Positions 1-9,081 of a DNA stretch of 64,000 nt are shown in pieces. This stretch comes from Pyrinomonadaceae bacterium (GTDB lineage Bacteria; Acidobacteriota; Blastocatellia; Pyrinomonadales; Pyrinomonadaceae). The number at the start of each line of letters is the position of its first letter. Position 1 is the stretch's first letter. The stretch covers positions 658 through 64,657 of the forward strand of contig JAMQPI010000675.1 in NCBI GenBank assembly GCA_023717565.1, read 5' to 3'. The translations under genes and the position numbers were made by a program. The notes below the pieces were generated by a model. It ran no database searches. It saw nothing but the letters and a program-made list of their open reading frames with translations, and was not told where the DNA came from.

Positions 1-1
1 A

Positions 2-2038
2 GCGCCGTCATGGCAAACGGCTTCAGCATCTCCCGCGACACCTATCGTGGGAGCAATGGTGACGGTGAATGCTAGTTTCACGGATCCTGGCGCACCAGAC
101 ACTCATCGGGTGGACGTCGATTGGGGTGACGGCACAACCTCCATCAGTTTCACTCTCGGAACGGGTGTTTTTACCTTCCAATCTACTCACCAGTACGCTA
201 CAGGGGGTAGTCGCACGATCACTCTCACAAATACGGACGACGACACCGGTACCGCAACAACCACCACCAGTGTTGTAGTCACCGCGCCTACGCCGACTCC
301 AACTCCGACGCCGACTCCGACACCGAGTCCAACTCCGACACCGAGTCCAACTCCGACTGGTCCGGCGTTTTATGCAGCGCCCAACGGTTCGTCATCAGGT
401 AATGGAAGCATCAATAACCCTTGGGATTTACAGACTGCTCTGAGTCAGCCATCAAGCGTGCAGCCTGGAGCAACAATCTATCTGCGAGGTGGCACCTACA
501 CTGGCAAATTTACGAGCGACCTGACTGGAACCCAATCGGCTCCAGTCACTGTTCGTTCTTATCCAGGCGAGTGGGCTAGGATTGAAGGCTACGTGACTTC
601 CACCTTAGCCAGCAACATCTCATCCACAGCCACTTCGATCCCACTAGCCAACGCGAGTCGGTTCACTACTGGGCAAGTGCTGACCTTTCATGACCAAGCC
701 ACCGAATCTGCCGAGGAACAGATATTCATAACGGGCAGATCCGGAAATACGCTATCGGTTGTCAGACACTGGAACGGTACTCCGGGAATTGGCCACACTG
801 CTGGAGCGTTGGCCGTGCTGGGCGGTAATCAGCTAACCATTCAAGGTCAATACGCAACCTACCAAGGTTTTGAAGTGACCAATAGTGATCCGGTCAGAGC
901 TTGGGATAACGTCAACACGCAAAACAGCCCTCATCTCAGAGGCTGTGTTTTTCTAAGCGGCCCCAATAACAAGTTGATCAATCTTGTCATCCACGATAAC
1001 GACGCTGGGGTTTTCTCTGGGAGCGGCGCCGTTGACACTACAATCTACGGCATAGTCGCCTACAATAATGGCTACGTTCATTCAGGTGGTCCAGCAGGTC
1101 ACGGTCTGTATTTACAAAGCAACGAACCGACCTTCCTTGTCTCCGATTCTATTCTGTTCAATAACTTCCGCATCGGAATCAAGTGCGTCAGCCAGACAGC
1201 GAACTCAATCGGTTTTGATCTTGAGAATAATGTTGCTTTCAACAACGGGTCCGTCATCAGCAGCGGAGGCCGAGAAGCCAATATAGAAGTCGGAGCCAAT
1301 AATGGTCTAGCCGACCAAATAACCGTGAGAGGAAACTACGCTTATCACCCTCCAGGGACAGGAGGCGCCAATGTGAAGTTCGGCTACGAAGGCACTAACG
1401 GCTCCGTGATTTTTTCAAACAACTATGTCATGGGCAATGGAACACCGCTCGAGTTTCTCAGTTGGCAGACGCTTACTGGTTCCGGAAACCAAATGTATGT
1501 CAGTTCAAATGTGCCGGCCTCGTCAAGTAAGATGCTGAACAATATCCTTCCGGTGGCGGGTGGAACAATTTCCTGGAACAATAACCGCTACCACAATGTT
1601 AGCGGTTATGCTCAGCCGCTTTGCTATAACCGGAATTGCTACAACTTCGCCAATTGGAAGACTGTCTCCGGAACGGACGCAAACAGTATTTATTCGACCA
1701 GTCTTCCCGCATCAGAAGTTGTAGTTAAGCCTAACCAGTATGAAGCCGGCCGGGCAAACATTATCGTGATTAACTGGGCGGGAACATCAAGTGTCAGCGT
1801 GAATTTATCAACTATCGGGTTGGTAAACGGTCAACCTTATAAGGTAGTCAACGCTCAGAACTACCACGATTCACTTAACACACCGGTTCTCACAGGCATA
1901 TACGCCACGAGCAGTCCGACAATAACCCTCAACCTGTCTTTGGCTGCCGCTACATCCGTAGCTTTGCCGATCGGATATAGCTCTGCTCCTTCATCAACCA
2001 TGCCTCAATTTGGGGCCTTTGTGGTTGTCCCGCAGTAA
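2..2038 (+). CDS. 5'-truncated extracellular protein: PKD domain, Pro/Thr linker, right-handed parallel beta-helix (polysaccharide lyase-like)
   Basis: Frame is open from position 2, so the start lies outside the window. PKD motif VDWGDG...HQY, (PT)n linker, beta-helix opening FYAAPNGSSSGNGSINNPWDLQTAL...PGATIYLRGGTY, Asn/Gly-rich repeats. Confidence 0.75.
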   Translation, partial: APSWQTASASPATPIVGAMVTVNASFTDPGAPDTHRVDVDWGDGTTSISFTLGTGVFTFQSTHQYATGGSRTITLTNTDDDTGTATTTTSVVVTAPTPTPTPTPTPTPSPTPTPSPTPTGPAFYAAPNGSSSGNGSINNPWDLQTALSQPSSVQPGATIYLRGGTYTGKFTSDLTGTQSAPVTVRSYPGEWARIEGYVTSTLASNISSTATSIPLANASRFTTGQVLTFHDQATESAEEQIFITGRSGNTLSVVRHWNGTPGIGHTAGALAVLGGNQLTIQGQYATYQGFEVTNSDPVRAWDNVNTQNSPHLRGCVFLSGPNNKLINLVIHDNDAGVFSGSGAVDTTIYGIVAYNNGYVHSGGPAGHGLYLQSNEPTFLVSDSILFNNFRIGIKCVSQTANSIGFDLENNVAFNNGSVISSGGREANIEVGANNGLADQITVRGNYAYHPPGTGGANVKFGYEGTNGSVIFSNNYVMGNGTPLEFLSWQTLTGSGNQMYVSSNVPASSSKMLNNILPVAGGTISWNNNRYHNVSGYAQPLCYNRNCYNFANWKTVSGTDANSIYSTSLPASEVVVKPNQYEAGRANIIVINWAGTSSVSVNLSTIGLVNGQPYKVVNAQNYHDSLNTPVLTGIYATSSPTITLNLSLAAATSVALPIGYSSAPSSTMPQFGAFVVVPQ
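284..358 (+). repeat. Coding Pro-Thr/Ser linker tandem repeat
   Basis: Repeated ccgact/ccaact/ccgagt hexamers encoding APTPTPTPTPTPTPSPTPTPSPTPT. Confidence 0.9.
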
Positions 2039-2039
2039 G

Positions 2040-2150
2040 CGAGGGACGACGGTGATGTAAGCAACACGTTGTGCGTTTCTTCACCCGAAGTATCCGTCCG
2101 CCGTCCCTCGATCTTCGAGCTTTCGTCGCATCCGTAGACAAAAGCTCGAA
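2040..2150. terminator. Two adjacent stem-loops between convergent genes (candidate bidirectional terminator or mRNA 3' stabiliser)
   Basis: cgagggacgacgg (2040-2052) pairs with ccgccgtccctcg (2098-2110) at 12/13; ttcgagcttt (2114-2123) pairs perfectly with aaagctcgaa (2141-2150). No strong U-tract. Confidence 0.45.
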
Positions 2151-2294
2151 TCCCAAATCAGTAAATAGAACACATTGTTATGCAGTTGGCGGTAACCTTG
2201 GTACACAGTGCGAACGGGTCTACTCAATTTACCGCTCTCACCTTCCACAGCTCCTCATGCCAATGTCTAGGACCAAGGACGATAATTCATAGGT

Positions 2295-5200
2295 TCAGGT
2301 CGCCGAAAGACTTTCAACATCGGAGTCACGCCAAGTCAGCAGCACAGATTCTTCAGCATCACCATGACTTCTATAAGGACTGGACGTCATCGCCTCTTCT
2401 TCGTAGAGTCGTTGAGCAACTCTAAGGCATGGCGCTAGCTTTTCAGCCAGTACTTTTGCATATGGATCTACTGTTACGGCACCGTGAAAGCCGGGCACTT
2501 CGTGGATCTCAAGTGAGCCCCGCGCCATTCCGTGCCAGCCAAGACTATTGTCACGTACCACACCAGGTGGCTGACTTGCCGCCCGGAACAGGGTTAGCCT
2601 GCCGCCGTAGGGTTTCGGTTTGTACGATCTCAAAGCCCGGTCAATAGCTTTGTGATTGCGCTGTACGTCTTTCGGTAGTTGGCCGCCGGTTGCTGAGTTG
2701 AACGCGATTGCTATCTCGTTCTTTTTCCACGCAAGCTTGCGCACGAGCTTCTTCTGAAGCTTTCTAGTTTTCGCAACCAGGTAGCTAAGCTTCTCGCGGG
2801 ATGTGAGCAAATCCAAAGTTCGGTGTAGAGACCGAACCCTTTGGATACACCGAGCGAACCATCTCGTGAGTGATGTGGAACCTGGCATCAATTTGGGATA
2901 GCCCGGGCCATAGGTATCGAATAAGACAAGCAAGGCAACTACCTGCCCTTGATTCTCGAGTTGTCGCGCCATCTCAAAGGCGACAAGACCACCGAAGGAA
3001 GATCCCCCAAGATGGTAAGGCCCTTCCGGTTGGAATGCGCGAATCTCATTTAGATAGTACTCAGCCATCTCTTCGACACTGTCGTGAGTGGTCTGGTTTC
3101 GGTCCACGCCTCGAGCTTGTAAACCGTAGAGTGGTTGATCCAAGCCAAGATGTTTCGCTAGATCGCGGTAGAAAAGAACATCTCCGCCAGCCGCATGCAT
3201 GCAGTAGAAGGGCGGACGAGAACCCAAGGGTTGGATAGCCACGAGTGCGGACCACGCCTTCTCTCCGGGAGCATCGCGGAGACGACTAGCCAACTGTCTT
3301 ATAGTGGAAGCGCTGAGAAGAGTAACTAACGGAAGATGTCGCCCAAAACCCCTTTCAATTTCCGAAAAGAGCCTGACAGCCTGGAATGAATCACCTCCGA
3401 GTTCGAAATAGTTGTCATCGACACCTATCGGAGAAACTCCGAGCACGCCTTCCCAGATCGTCTTCAACTGCGCTTCAACTCTGTCCTCCGGCATAACCAT
3501 AGGGCCTGCCGCTTGGCGTAAGAGAGACTTCTCTGCCAGAACAGCGTTAGCAATTTGATCAACTGTGCTTAGTTCCGCAGGAACGCGCGCGAGGAACGAG
3601 GAGATGGTCGAAGCATTCGCAGCCTGTGTGCTCTCATTTCTTTCCAGATTATCCTCAGTAAGACGTGCCTTAATTTGGGTTGAACCGTCTAACCTGATGG
3701 TTACCGCCACCGCTGCCCGAACGCGGAACAGAGTTCCGTTTTCAACGGTCTGTACTTCTTCCGCCTCAATCTGACTAATGAATTCGTATGCGGGCCGATT
3801 CTTCGCAGTCGGCAGATAATTAATTTCAACGTATTCAAGTCCGCGTTCCAGAGCGATCACGCCGAGATGGGCGATCATTCTGTGCTCGACTCCCCGACCC
3901 AAGGCTCGACAACTTAAGAGAACCGTATCGACCGCAAGAGCATTCTCCTTCGCCTGGAAGATCATAGCTCCGACCAGTCCGTAGTCCCCGAAGCGATCGT
4001 TCACGTTAACAACATGACATTCGACCAATCCGGTTTCACAAAACTGTTCTATTTCGGAATCGGTTCGGCGTACCGTCGTGAAGTTGAACTGGTTCGTCCG
4101 TTGAGTAAGTTGCGAAACACGTGGCACCTGAGCGGGAAGCAACGGAGCGATGACAATTTCCAACCCCAAACCAGCTAAGAAATCCTGAAGAGTATCCGAG
4201 TGTGCACGGATCTGCTCTCGCTCAACATTGACCTTATAAAGATTGGTCCGATCCTGATCTTCCTTAGTAAGCCGAGATTGGTCGAAAGCCCAAACATGAC
4301 CGAGAAACGAAACAATCGCATCCGGCTCCTGCGGCAGTTGAAGGGTCAGAACCTCGGGGCAATTCGCCTGCACCTCATAGCAGACTGCTGGGTCGTCGTC
4401 AATAAAGATGAAACTGTCCAGCCCCAGATTCAGCTCAGACGCTAGTGAGCGCAAATTCTCAGATTTGGGTCTCCAATTTATTCTCCATGACACGATGTGG
4501 TCGCGTCTCATAGGCATTTCCGGGCGACGATCGAATACTTCGAAGACGTCCTCCTCGTTGTTCTTGCTACATAGACAGATCAGCATCCCTGCCTTAGATT
4601 GGTTCACCATGAACTCCTGAAGGGCGAGCCGTGACGGATCAATTTCCACTCCCATCGCGCCAACTTCTCCGCATATGCCTTTCCAGAGCGTTTGATCGCA
4701 ATCCAGCGCTATCACTTTGTGTGAAACGTTGGACAAACGATAGACTCTTCGAGCGATCATCGAAGACAGCGCAACGAAGAAGGACTGCGTGTATGGAATG
4801 TGACCCAGCCTGCTTCCTTCAAGGTCATCGTAATCTGCCACGAGGTATGTAGTAAGGAGCTCATCAGGCGTAACTAAGTGCACCGATTTTACGTCTGCAA
4901 GTTCGCTGCTAATCCGCTGCTCCAGCTCTTCTAGACAATCCCGCAACTCAGGTTCTTTTAGGGCAGCGCTGGAAGGCGGACAAATAACAAGCAAGTAAGG
5001 CACTGCGGAAACCTGTGCGGCTGTTCTCAGGGCCGAAATAAACTCACCAACACCCCTCCTGACCTTCTCACAGACGTCCGAGGGAAATTCTATCTTGCTG
5101 CTCTCATTGATATCGAATTTTCCCCAGTCTTCCAGCCTCACGAGGATCACGTTAATTCCGGCAAGATTGGAGCGGCAAACACTCGTCGGGTCCAGTAGCT

Positions 5201-5375
5201 GTTGAAACACCTGATTGTAGGGCGCAAACTCGACCGCCGAGGCATTACGCATCGCTTTCAACAAAAAGCAAAGCGGGTCATTGACTGGCTCGGCAGTAAA
5301 GGTCGCCGTGATTACAATTCTTTGCATCTGCACGTTGCTCACCACTTGCGGGAGGAAATCGGGCACCATCCGCAA
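2295..5375 (-). CDS. FkbH-like HAD-IIIC glyceryl transferase/phosphatase fused to a phosphopantetheine carrier domain and a thioesterase
   Basis: HAD motif ALDCDQTLWKG; FkbH motifs CSKNNE, FIDDDP, QLTQRTNQFN, DRFGDYGLVG, LLSCRALGRGVE; carrier motif DDNYFELGGDSFQA; TE motifs HAAGG, GPYHLGGSSFGG, VPGFH. Confidence 0.88.
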   Translation of the reverse strand: MRMVPDFLPQVVSNVQMQRIVITATFTAEPVNDPLCFLLKAMRNASAVEFAPYNQVFQQLLDPTSVCRSNLAGINVILVRLEDWGKFDINESSKIEFPSDVCEKVRRGVGEFISALRTAAQVSAVPYLLVICPPSSAALKEPELRDCLEELEQRISSELADVKSVHLVTPDELLTTYLVADYDDLEGSRLGHIPYTQSFFVALSSMIARRVYRLSNVSHKVIALDCDQTLWKGICGEVGAMGVEIDPSRLALQEFMVNQSKAGMLICLCSKNNEEDVFEVFDRRPEMPMRRDHIVSWRINWRPKSENLRSLASELNLGLDSFIFIDDDPAVCYEVQANCPEVLTLQLPQEPDAIVSFLGHVWAFDQSRLTKEDQDRTNLYKVNVEREQIRAHSDTLQDFLAGLGLEIVIAPLLPAQVPRVSQLTQRTNQFNFTTVRRTDSEIEQFCETGLVECHVVNVNDRFGDYGLVGAMIFQAKENALAVDTVLLSCRALGRGVEHRMIAHLGVIALERGLEYVEINYLPTAKNRPAYEFISQIEAEEVQTVENGTLFRVRAAVAVTIRLDGSTQIKARLTEDNLERNESTQAANASTISSFLARVPAELSTVDQIANAVLAEKSLLRQAAGPMVMPEDRVEAQLKTIWEGVLGVSPIGVDDNYFELGGDSFQAVRLFSEIERGFGRHLPLVTLLSASTIRQLASRLRDAPGEKAWSALVAIQPLGSRPPFYCMHAAGGDVLFYRDLAKHLGLDQPLYGLQARGVDRNQTTHDSVEEMAEYYLNEIRAFQPEGPYHLGGSSFGGLVAFEMARQLENQGQVVALLVLFDTYGPGYPKLMPGSTSLTRWFARCIQRVRSLHRTLDLLTSREKLSYLVAKTRKLQKKLVRKLAWKKNEIAIAFNSATGGQLPKDVQRNHKAIDRALRSYKPKPYGGRLTLFRAASQPPGVVRDNSLGWHGMARGSLEIHEVPGFHGAVTVDPYAKVLAEKLAPCLRVAQRLYEEEAMTSSPYRSHGDAEESVLLTWRDSDVESLSAT

Positions 5376-5471
5376 GTCGACTGAATTTGAAACTGTTTAA
5401 AGCCGATCAAGCTTGGGAATCGGAGCGGGAATTAGCTGTGCGCTTCTGGGTTGAGCGGAACCGGATCTAGG

Positions 5472-7451
5472 TTAGTCGCCACCGGCGGCAACATGAGAAC
5501 GTTCTATGAACGACTGCGGAATCGGTGCAAATTCTTCGCTCGGAATCTCCAATTGAGCCTCAGGCAATAGATCGTTAATTGCCTTGCGCAACTCGCGGTC
5601 CCAACCCTTCTGAGCCAAGATAGATAAACGCTCTAAAGCATGCCGAACTTTCTCTTCCGGGTACGCGGCAATCCTGCCAATGAAGATTTTTGGATGCCAT
5701 GTCTTCAAGACTACCTCATCGGTTGTTTGCAACTCCTCATAGAGTTTCTCGCCGGGACGCACACCGGTGAACACAATGTTGATGTCTTCAAAAGGTCGGA
5801 GTCCAGACAGTGCAATAGTCTCCTTAGCCAAATCCAGGATGCGCACAGGCTCACCCATGTCGAGGATGAATATCTCGCCGCCTCGACCTAAAGCTCCGGC
5901 CTGTAGAACGAGTTGGGAAGCCTCGGGAATAGTCATAAAGTAACGCACCATTTCGGGATGCGTTACTGTCACCGGCCCGCCACTGCGAATCTGATCCTGA
6001 AAGATTGGAATCACAGAACCAGCTGAACCAATAACGTTGCCGAAACGCACCGCCAGAAAACGCGTCTCCGACCGGTGATCTAAGTCCTGTATTACTAACT
6101 CTGCTACTCGTTTTGAAGCGCCCATGACCGAACTCGGGCGCACGGCTTTGTCCGTTGATATCAGTACGAACGCTTCAACGCCGAACTCAGAGGCCATCTC
6201 ACCGAGCAGGCTCGTGGCCAGTACATTGTTCTTAACTGCTTCGGAAGGATTCGTTTCCATCATAGGCACGTGCTTATGTGCCGCCGCATGCAGGATCACC
6301 TGAGGAGCATAGGTTTGGAAGATAGTATGCATCCGCGGCTTGTCACCTATATCGGCCACCAGGGCAATCACCTGAACCTGCGAGTCTTGGTTTCGCATTT
6401 CATGCTCAATTGCGAAAAGACCAAACTCAGCGCGTTCAACCAACAGCAGACAACTTGGTTGGAAGCGTGCCACCTGTCTAACCAGTTCGGACCCGATCGA
6501 ACCACCAGCGCCCGTGATCATGACGATCTTGCCGGCCAGGAAATTCTTCATGCTCTCTTGATCGAGTTGAACCTGTTCGCGGCCCAACAGATCTTCGATT
6601 TGCACGTCGCGAATCCGGCTCACTTTCAAATTGCCCTGCAACAGTTCGTAGATTCCTGGAACGGTGCGCACACGAACTTTGGCTCGTTCACAGATGTCGA
6701 GGATACGGCGGAAGTCTCGCCGAGAGGCCTCAGCAAAAGAGATCACTACGTGATCGATATTCAGCTCAGACACCAGTCGCGGAATATCTTCAGCCGTACC
6801 CATCACTTTGACGCCTTGTATAACGGAGCCCTGCTTTGCCGGGTCATCGTCAATGAATCCCTTCACCTCCATATCCACGTCTCCGCGGAGTCTGATTTCC
6901 CGGGCAATCATTACGCCAGCGCGCCCGGCTCCAATAAGGAGCACCGGCTTTCTTACTAAGCTACCAAGGGACTGACCCTTTCCGTTCTGCCGCTTTGAGC
7001 CTCGCTCGTATACCGCACGACGCAACACCCGCAGACCCAATACTCCACCGAAGGCTATCACCGTATCCATGACGATAATTGACAGCGGTACTCGGGCAGG
7101 TTGCAACTGTTCGGGCAGCCAGGTGCGAAGCGCGATCATTGGTAGTGCTGACCAGAGCGCTGCAGTTAAGAATGCTTTCACCTCCGCCATTCCAACGTAG
7201 CGCCAAACGAAGGCGTATATGCCGGCAAACCAAAGCAGCATTAACTGAAGCAGTAACACGAATGGGAGTTGGTAGAGCATGTGCTGGGTCTCCCGCTCCG
7301 AGATCACAAAATCAAACCGCAGCAGATATGCCAGCATGAACGCTAGTACTAATACGACAGTGTCGAGCGTGAATTGTGCTTGACGGGTAAGCAGTTTTGC
7401 TCGCCATGATCGCGATGAATTGGATCGATTGCGGGGCGTATCGATGACCAT
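5472..7451 (-). CDS. Membrane-anchored UDP-GlcNAc 4,6-dehydratase (PglF/CapD/WbpM family)
   Basis: Four N-terminal TM segments, IGAGRAG, TGAGGSIGSEL, HAAAHKHVP, ISTDKAV, MGASKR, VRFGNVIGS, RPGEKLYEEL. Confidence 0.93.
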   Translation of the reverse strand: MVIDTPRNRSNSSRSWRAKLLTRQAQFTLDTVVLVLAFMLAYLLRFDFVISERETQHMLYQLPFVLLLQLMLLWFAGIYAFVWRYVGMAEVKAFLTAALWSALPMIALRTWLPEQLQPARVPLSIIVMDTVIAFGGVLGLRVLRRAVYERGSKRQNGKGQSLGSLVRKPVLLIGAGRAGVMIAREIRLRGDVDMEVKGFIDDDPAKQGSVIQGVKVMGTAEDIPRLVSELNIDHVVISFAEASRRDFRRILDICERAKVRVRTVPGIYELLQGNLKVSRIRDVQIEDLLGREQVQLDQESMKNFLAGKIVMITGAGGSIGSELVRQVARFQPSCLLLVERAEFGLFAIEHEMRNQDSQVQVIALVADIGDKPRMHTIFQTYAPQVILHAAAHKHVPMMETNPSEAVKNNVLATSLLGEMASEFGVEAFVLISTDKAVRPSSVMGASKRVAELVIQDLDHRSETRFLAVRFGNVIGSAGSVIPIFQDQIRSGGPVTVTHPEMVRYFMTIPEASQLVLQAGALGRGGEIFILDMGEPVRILDLAKETIALSGLRPFEDINIVFTGVRPGEKLYEELQTTDEVVLKTWHPKIFIGRIAAYPEEKVRHALERLSILAQKGWDRELRKAINDLLPEAQLEIPSEEFAPIPQSFIERSHVAAGGD

Positions 7452-7621
7452 AAGTTGATAGCACTGGCCGTCAGGCTCATTTGCCCTCAGACACCAGTGC
7501 GTCCTCCTGGGAGTAAATTAGAAGTCTGGGTTGTAGTGGGATGCTCCGGATTAACCGTTGGAAAACGAGACGGCGATTCATTCGAGCGGGCGATCAGACA
7601 AAAGCATGACTTCCGCACCGG

Positions 7622-7680
7622 TTGAGATAACTCAAGCTATTGTGAGGATTCTTGTCTACCTAAGAATTGTGAGTAACAAA
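7622..7680. promoter_or_regulatory. Candidate operator palindromes upstream of the dehydratase gene
   Basis: TTGAG-ataa-CTCAA (7622-7635), ATTCTT-N8-AAGAAT and repeated attgtgag in the largest internal intergenic gap (7452-7743). Confidence 0.25.
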
Positions 7681-7743
7681 TCGGCTGAGGGTTGCCACAC
7701 TCGACCTGCAACCTTGGGCCCTTCGGACACGAATGTCGGCAAT

Positions 7744-9081
7744 TCATGCAGTTCCCCCGTCCCGTGTCGTCGAGTCACCTAGATCCCGTCCCCGCGCCCG
7801 CTTTTGAAGTTCCGGAAGGCCGAACTTTCTGATTAACCTGAAGGGCCGGAGGAAATAGTAGAGAAAAGGGAGTGCGGAAGGCACCTGCAACATGGCGTGA
7901 TCGCGCTCATTGGGAACCACCGCAAGGCGCAGATAGCGGCGAAGATAATGCAGGCGCAACCGCACCCGGTCTGATACGCGCTCGCGCATGCGCAAATGAA
8001 TGTCCTGCCAGTAGGAGATTCCCTTGTGGGTTTCATTGTTTATGAAGAGAGATTCTTGCAGTCGCGTAGCCAGTGATTCCGTGGTTGGCTCAACCTGAAT
8101 TGTGCGCCATACCTCTGGCGACAACTCCAAACCCAACAGGTCTCTGGCCATTATCAACCCGAGGGCGAGTGTTCGTCGGCTGCCAAGGTTGCTCGCCTCC
8201 TCGACGATCGCTGGCCAGTCCATCGCAGGATGCGCACGTATCAACTCAACCACATCACAAATCCACAAGAGTCGCTCCCAGCCATGCCTGGAGCCATGCA
8301 TGCAGAGATACAGCAACAATTCCTCTGGCCCCAGCGTTCGCACGACCGAACCAGCTATGGAGACACTTTCGAGGCGCTTCCACATGGAGTTCTGTTCCAA
8401 GGGAAAATCAAAATGCTTACCGGTAAAACGCCAGTGAAGCTCTACCCGCACCCGACCATTAGCGCTGTCAAAGATCAAATCCTTATTGCGAGGCGAAAAG
8501 CGCAGTTCGCTCAGGGATGGACCAGGAGCGCTTATCAGTCGGTAGCCCTGGCCAGTCAATAGACCCTGGGTCCGCAACACATCCTGTGGTCGAACGAGAA
8601 TGTCCAGGTCACCAAAATCTCGGAGGCCCAGGTTGCCGTACGCCAGTGCAGCGAGAACGGGACCTTTAAATGGAAGTGCGTGAATGCCGCTTGCCTCGAA
8701 CAGGCGAAGAAGCTTGATGAGTTCTGCGGTGCGATACAGATTGTAATGAGCGTTAGTACTCGTGTAAGCACGCAGCACCTTCAAAACTTCCGCAGGTACC
8801 AGCGTCGGACAGACTTCATTCAGGTTTTGGCAGAGGAGCGGCGTCACCCGATGCCGCTCCGCTCGTTCAATGACGTAACTCCAGTCAATGCTGCCGCGCA
8901 GAAGAGTTCGAATGCGCTCCGCAGTGGCCTCGTCAATGACCTTGCGAGCGCAGGCGAGAAGGAGCTGCACTTCAGCCGGGTTATTTTCTCGGCCGGTGAG
9001 TGCCGCTGCTGCTGGTTCAACTACAGGCATTTCTTCGCCGCGACGGTAGGCAGAGTCGTCTATCTTAAGCTGCGTTGACAT
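7744..9081 (-). CDS. Nucleotidyltransferase family protein (NTP_transf_5-like), lasso-cluster associated
   Basis: FKGPVLA..Y...LRDFGDLDILV, VELHWRF, LCMHGSRHGW..L.WICDV; overlaps the ABC transporter stop. Confidence 0.85.
   Translation of the reverse strand: MSTQLKIDDSAYRRGEEMPVVEPAAAALTGRENNPAEVQLLLACARKVIDEATAERIRTLLRGSIDWSYVIERAERHRVTPLLCQNLNEVCPTLVPAEVLKVLRAYTSTNAHYNLYRTAELIKLLRLFEASGIHALPFKGPVLAALAYGNLGLRDFGDLDILVRPQDVLRTQGLLTGQGYRLISAPGPSLSELRFSPRNKDLIFDSANGRVRVELHWRFTGKHFDFPLEQNSMWKRLESVSIAGSVVRTLGPEELLLYLCMHGSRHGWERLLWICDVVELIRAHPAMDWPAIVEEASNLGSRRTLALGLIMARDLLGLELSPEVWRTIQVEPTTESLATRLQESLFINNETHKGISYWQDIHLRMRERVSDRVRLRLHYLRRYLRLAVVPNERDHAMLQVPSALPFLYYFLRPFRLIRKFGLPELQKRARGRDLGDSTTRDGGTA

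Noticed and set aside
284..358. Short tandem repeat as CRISPR or non-coding VNTR
   Set aside because: It is an in-frame Pro/Thr linker with no spacers and no cas genes.
2295..5375. NRPS/PKS cluster
   Set aside because: Only carrier and TE domains; no condensation, adenylation or ketosynthase module in the window.
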